Source: Microcystaceae cyanobacterium
Lineage (GTDB): Bacteria; Cyanobacteriota; Cyanobacteriia; Cyanobacteriales; Microcystaceae
Direction: 5' to 3'
NCBI GenBank assembly: GCA_041746575.1
Contig: JBGTGT010000118.1
Coordinates: 1-40,665 of the forward strand
DNA length: 40,665 nucleotides
The notes below the pieces were generated by a model. That model made no database searches, was not told the origin of the DNA, and worked only from the letters and a program-made list of their open reading frames with translations. The position numbers and the translations under genes were made by a program. Numbering within the stretch: the stretch's first letter is position 1; each line of letters starts with the position of its first letter. This document shows, piece by piece, positions 38,229-40,665 of the stretch.

Positions 38229-38543
38229 TTTTGGTATCTAAGCTTTTCAGGAATTCATGAGCGGCGATATAACAGTATCACAGTTAAGCATCGGTCAGAA
38301 AGACTTAACGATTATCAAGTTTTCTTAATCACTCCTATCTGAAGTTCGGTTAATCCTATAAAGAAGAGTAAAAACCGTATATTTGAAGAGATTTATGACG
38401 GTAAACCCTCATAAAAGTCGTGAAATCTCCTCTATTTTTTTAAAAAACATTATCCGACAATCAAAATAGTCAATTATTTAACAGAGAAAAGAAAAGTCAA
38501 GTTTTCGTTTTCCCATCTTCTCTTTATCACAGGAATCATTGAG

Positions 38544-40322
38544 ATGAAAACAGCAACCCGTCAGCCTTCAACCTATCGCCAATTCGTTGACCACGTTAAC
38601 TCGTCACACGTTCAAAATGTAACCCTTAAAAGCGATCGCCTTGAATACGCCTTAAAAACTGAATGGGGCAGGGAACTCTACACGGCAAAACTGCTTAATT
38701 CAAGTCAAATTGAAGAGCTAACCCGTTTTTTGAAGGATAACAATATTCAATATACGACAATATCTGACAATGCAGCAATGACGGAAGGATTCATGGGTTT
38801 ACTCTTGGCGACGGGATTGCTGGCGGGAACGCTGGTAGGACTCAAAAAAATGAGTAACGGTGGTCGTAATCTAGGGGTTGGCTTCGGTGTCGGAAAAAGC
38901 AAAGCACGGGTTTATTCTCAAGATGAAAAAGGACGGATTACCTTTACCGATGTAGCTGGCGTGGATGAAGCCAAGCAAGAACTGGCCGAAGTCGTAGATT
39001 TCCTTGCTGATAGCGAAAAATACCGCAAAGTCGGCGCAAAAATTCCTAAAGGGATTCTCCTTGTCGGCTCACCCGGAACAGGTAAAACCCTGCTAGCAAA
39101 AGCAGTTGCTGGAGAAGCCGGCGTTCCCTTCATCAGTATGTCGGGGTCAGAATTTGTCGAAGTTTACGTCGGTGTTGGTGCGTCACGGGTTCGGGATTTA
39201 TTTAACCGCGCCAAACGTCAAGCTCCTTGTATTATTTTCATCGATGAACTCGATGCAGTCGGTAAAACCCGCAGTAGTCAACCCAATGGGGGCAATGATG
39301 AGCGAGAACAAACCTTAAACCAGTTATTGACAGAAATGGACGGTTTTACGGGTAATGATGGTGTTATTGTCATTGCGGCTACCAATCGCCCCGAAATGCT
39401 TGATCCTGCCCTCCGTCGCCCCGGTCGTTTTGATCGCCAAGTTTTGGTTGACCGTCCAGACAAGAGTGGCCGTCTTGAAATCTTACAAGTTCATAGTCGT
39501 ACTGTTGCTCTCGGAGAAGATGTCAATCTTGAGCGCATTGCTGATCTGACTTTCGGCTTTGTAGGAGCAGATTTAGCTAATTTAGTCAATGAGGCGGCCT
39601 TGATGGCCGCACGGGAAAACCGTCAGGTCGTTCTCATGACCGATTTCAAAGAAGCGATTGAACGGGTGGTAGCCGGATTAGAGAAGCGATCGCGGATTTT
39701 AACTTCGCTCGAGCGACAAATCGTAGCTTATCATGAAGTGGGACATGCTCTGGTAGGGGCATTGATGGAGGGTCGTGGTAAAGTTTCTAAGATTTCTATC
39801 GTACCACGTGGAGCAAGTGCCTTAGGTTATACGTTGCAAATGCCTCAAGAAGATCGATTCTTAATGCTAGAAGACGAATTGCGGGGACAATTGGCGATGC
39901 TATTAGGGGGAAGAGCGGCAGAAGAACTGATTTTCGGCAAAGTTTCCACAGGTGCAAGCGATGATATCCAAAAAGCAACGGAATTGGCGGAACGGGCAGT
40001 CACTCAATATGGCATGAGTCAGACGTTGGGGCCGGTGGCCTTTGACAAAAATTCGACGCAATTTTTAGAGGATAGTCGTACTCGCCGCACTATCAGCGAA
40101 GCAGTGGCCGCAGAGATTGACCGTCAAGTCAAAGACAACATTCACTATGCTTACCGGATGGCGTTAGATATTCTCGCCCTCAACCGTGATTTATTAAAAT
40201 CAACTACTCAATTCTTACTGGAAAATGAGGTACTAGAAGGGGATGAATTACAGCAAATTTTGACACAGGTGCAAACGCCTGTCGCCTTAAAAGATTGGTT
40301 AGAGCAGGGTGTCAGTCTGTGA
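38544..40322 (+). CDS. ftsH: ATP-dependent zinc metalloprotease FtsH (FtsH4-like, single TM)
   Basis: [17 protein letters not shown] (TNRP..RPGRFDR) and HEVGH. Confidence 0.95.
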   Translation: MKTATRQPSTYRQFVDHVNSSHVQNVTLKSDRLEYALKTEWGRELYTAKLLNSSQIEELTRFLKDNNIQYTTISDNAAMTEGFMGLLLATGLLAGTLVGLKKMSNGGRNLGVGFGVGKSKARVYSQDEKGRITFTDVAGVDEAKQELAEVVDFLADSEKYRKVGAKIPKGILLVGSPGTGKTLLAKAVAGEAGVPFISMSGSEFVEVYVGVGASRVRDLFNRAKRQAPCIIFIDELDAVGKTRSSQPNGGNDEREQTLNQLLTEMDGFTGNDGVIVIAATNRPEMLDPALRRPGRFDRQVLVDRPDKSGRLEILQVHSRTVALGEDVNLERIADLTFGFVGADLANLVNEAALMAARENRQVVLMTDFKEAIERVVAGLEKRSRILTSLERQIVAYHEVGHALVGALMEGRGKVSKISIVPRGASALGYTLQMPQEDRFLMLEDELRGQLAMLLGGRAAEELIFGKVSTGASDDIQKATELAERAVTQYGMSQTLGPVAFDKNSTQFLEDSRTRRTISEAVAAEIDRQVKDNIHYAYRMALDILALNRDLLKSTTQFLLENEVLEGDELQQILTQVQTPVALKDWLEQGVSL

Positions 40323-40419
40323 GGACTGAGGCTTGAGGCAGGTAAAATCGGTTAAATTGCGGACAAATCAGCTTTCACGTTGCCTTTTTTATCTACCCCG
40401 TCCGACTTAGCCTATTTTA

Positions 40420-40665
40420 TATAGCAAGTCTAAATCATTTAGATAAATGAGAATGAGATGATAAAATCAAAAAAAGATTCACCATCTTGGAGAAAAAAGA
40501 AAAATGGAAGACTCTCAGCTATTTAAGTTAGAAGCGATTGCCCAACTACAAGAGTTTGTAGACAGTTGCCAAAAAGTGAAGGAATGGAAGAGAGGAGAAG
40601 CGGTAAGGCTGAGATTATTAGGATTTAGCTACGCCGAAATTCAGAGAAGATTAAGGGTCTCAATA
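40420..40665 (+). mobile_element. Left end of IS630-family-like element (truncated by window edge)
   Basis: TA-started end TATAGCAAGTCTAAATCATT followed by an HTH transposase-like ORF. Confidence 0.65.
40504..40665 (+). CDS. IS630-like transposase N-terminal HTH (partial)
   Basis: Open to the window end: MEDSQLFKLEAIAQLQEFVDSCQKVKEWKRGEAVRLRLLGFSYAEIQRRLRVSI. Confidence 0.65.
   Translation, partial: MEDSQLFKLEAIAQLQEFVDSCQKVKEWKRGEAVRLRLLGFSYAEIQRRLRVSI

Noticed and set aside
38133..38342. 69-aa ORF
   Set aside because: Overlaps the SRP RNA.
8152..39693. Recurring GCGATCGC octamer (13 copies seen)
   Set aside because: Known HIP1 sequence. Useful as a taxonomic marker only.
27087..39978. 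Other short nested or antisense ORFs within thrC, ftsH and similar genes
   Set aside because: Shadow frames of well-supported genes.

Overview
Cyanobacterial chromosomal window, probably a unicellular Chroococcales-type organism (13 HIP1 GCGATCGC sites seen by eye, ycf3, crtO). It is mostly housekeeping and accessory genes: tRNA-Glu, SRP RNA, argF, crtO, a ThrC-like gene plus sulfur carrier, pspA-like phosphatase, ycf3, gatC and an FtsH4-like protease. It also holds a CHASE2 kinase-DUF928-response regulator operon and a general-stress/desiccation gene cluster. The start of an IS630-like element lies at the right edge. The strongest leads are: (1) an FkbM methyltransferase whose frame extends upstream through at least 4 near-identical 114-bp (38-aa) coiled-coil repeats, a possible tunable molecular ruler; (2) a palindromic motif 22-23 nt upstream of -10 boxes in four stress-gene promoters; (3) an Rrf2/IscR-type operator in front of the ThrC-like/sulfur-carrier pair; (4) an outer-membrane barrel plus secreted protein pair sharing a short N-terminal motif; (5) an FtsH lacking its first TM helix; (6) a family of ~100-bp TA-ended MITE-like elements; (7) an unexplained intergenic region with SD-led micro-ORFs near DUF2949. 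Family assignments come from motif recognition, not database searches.
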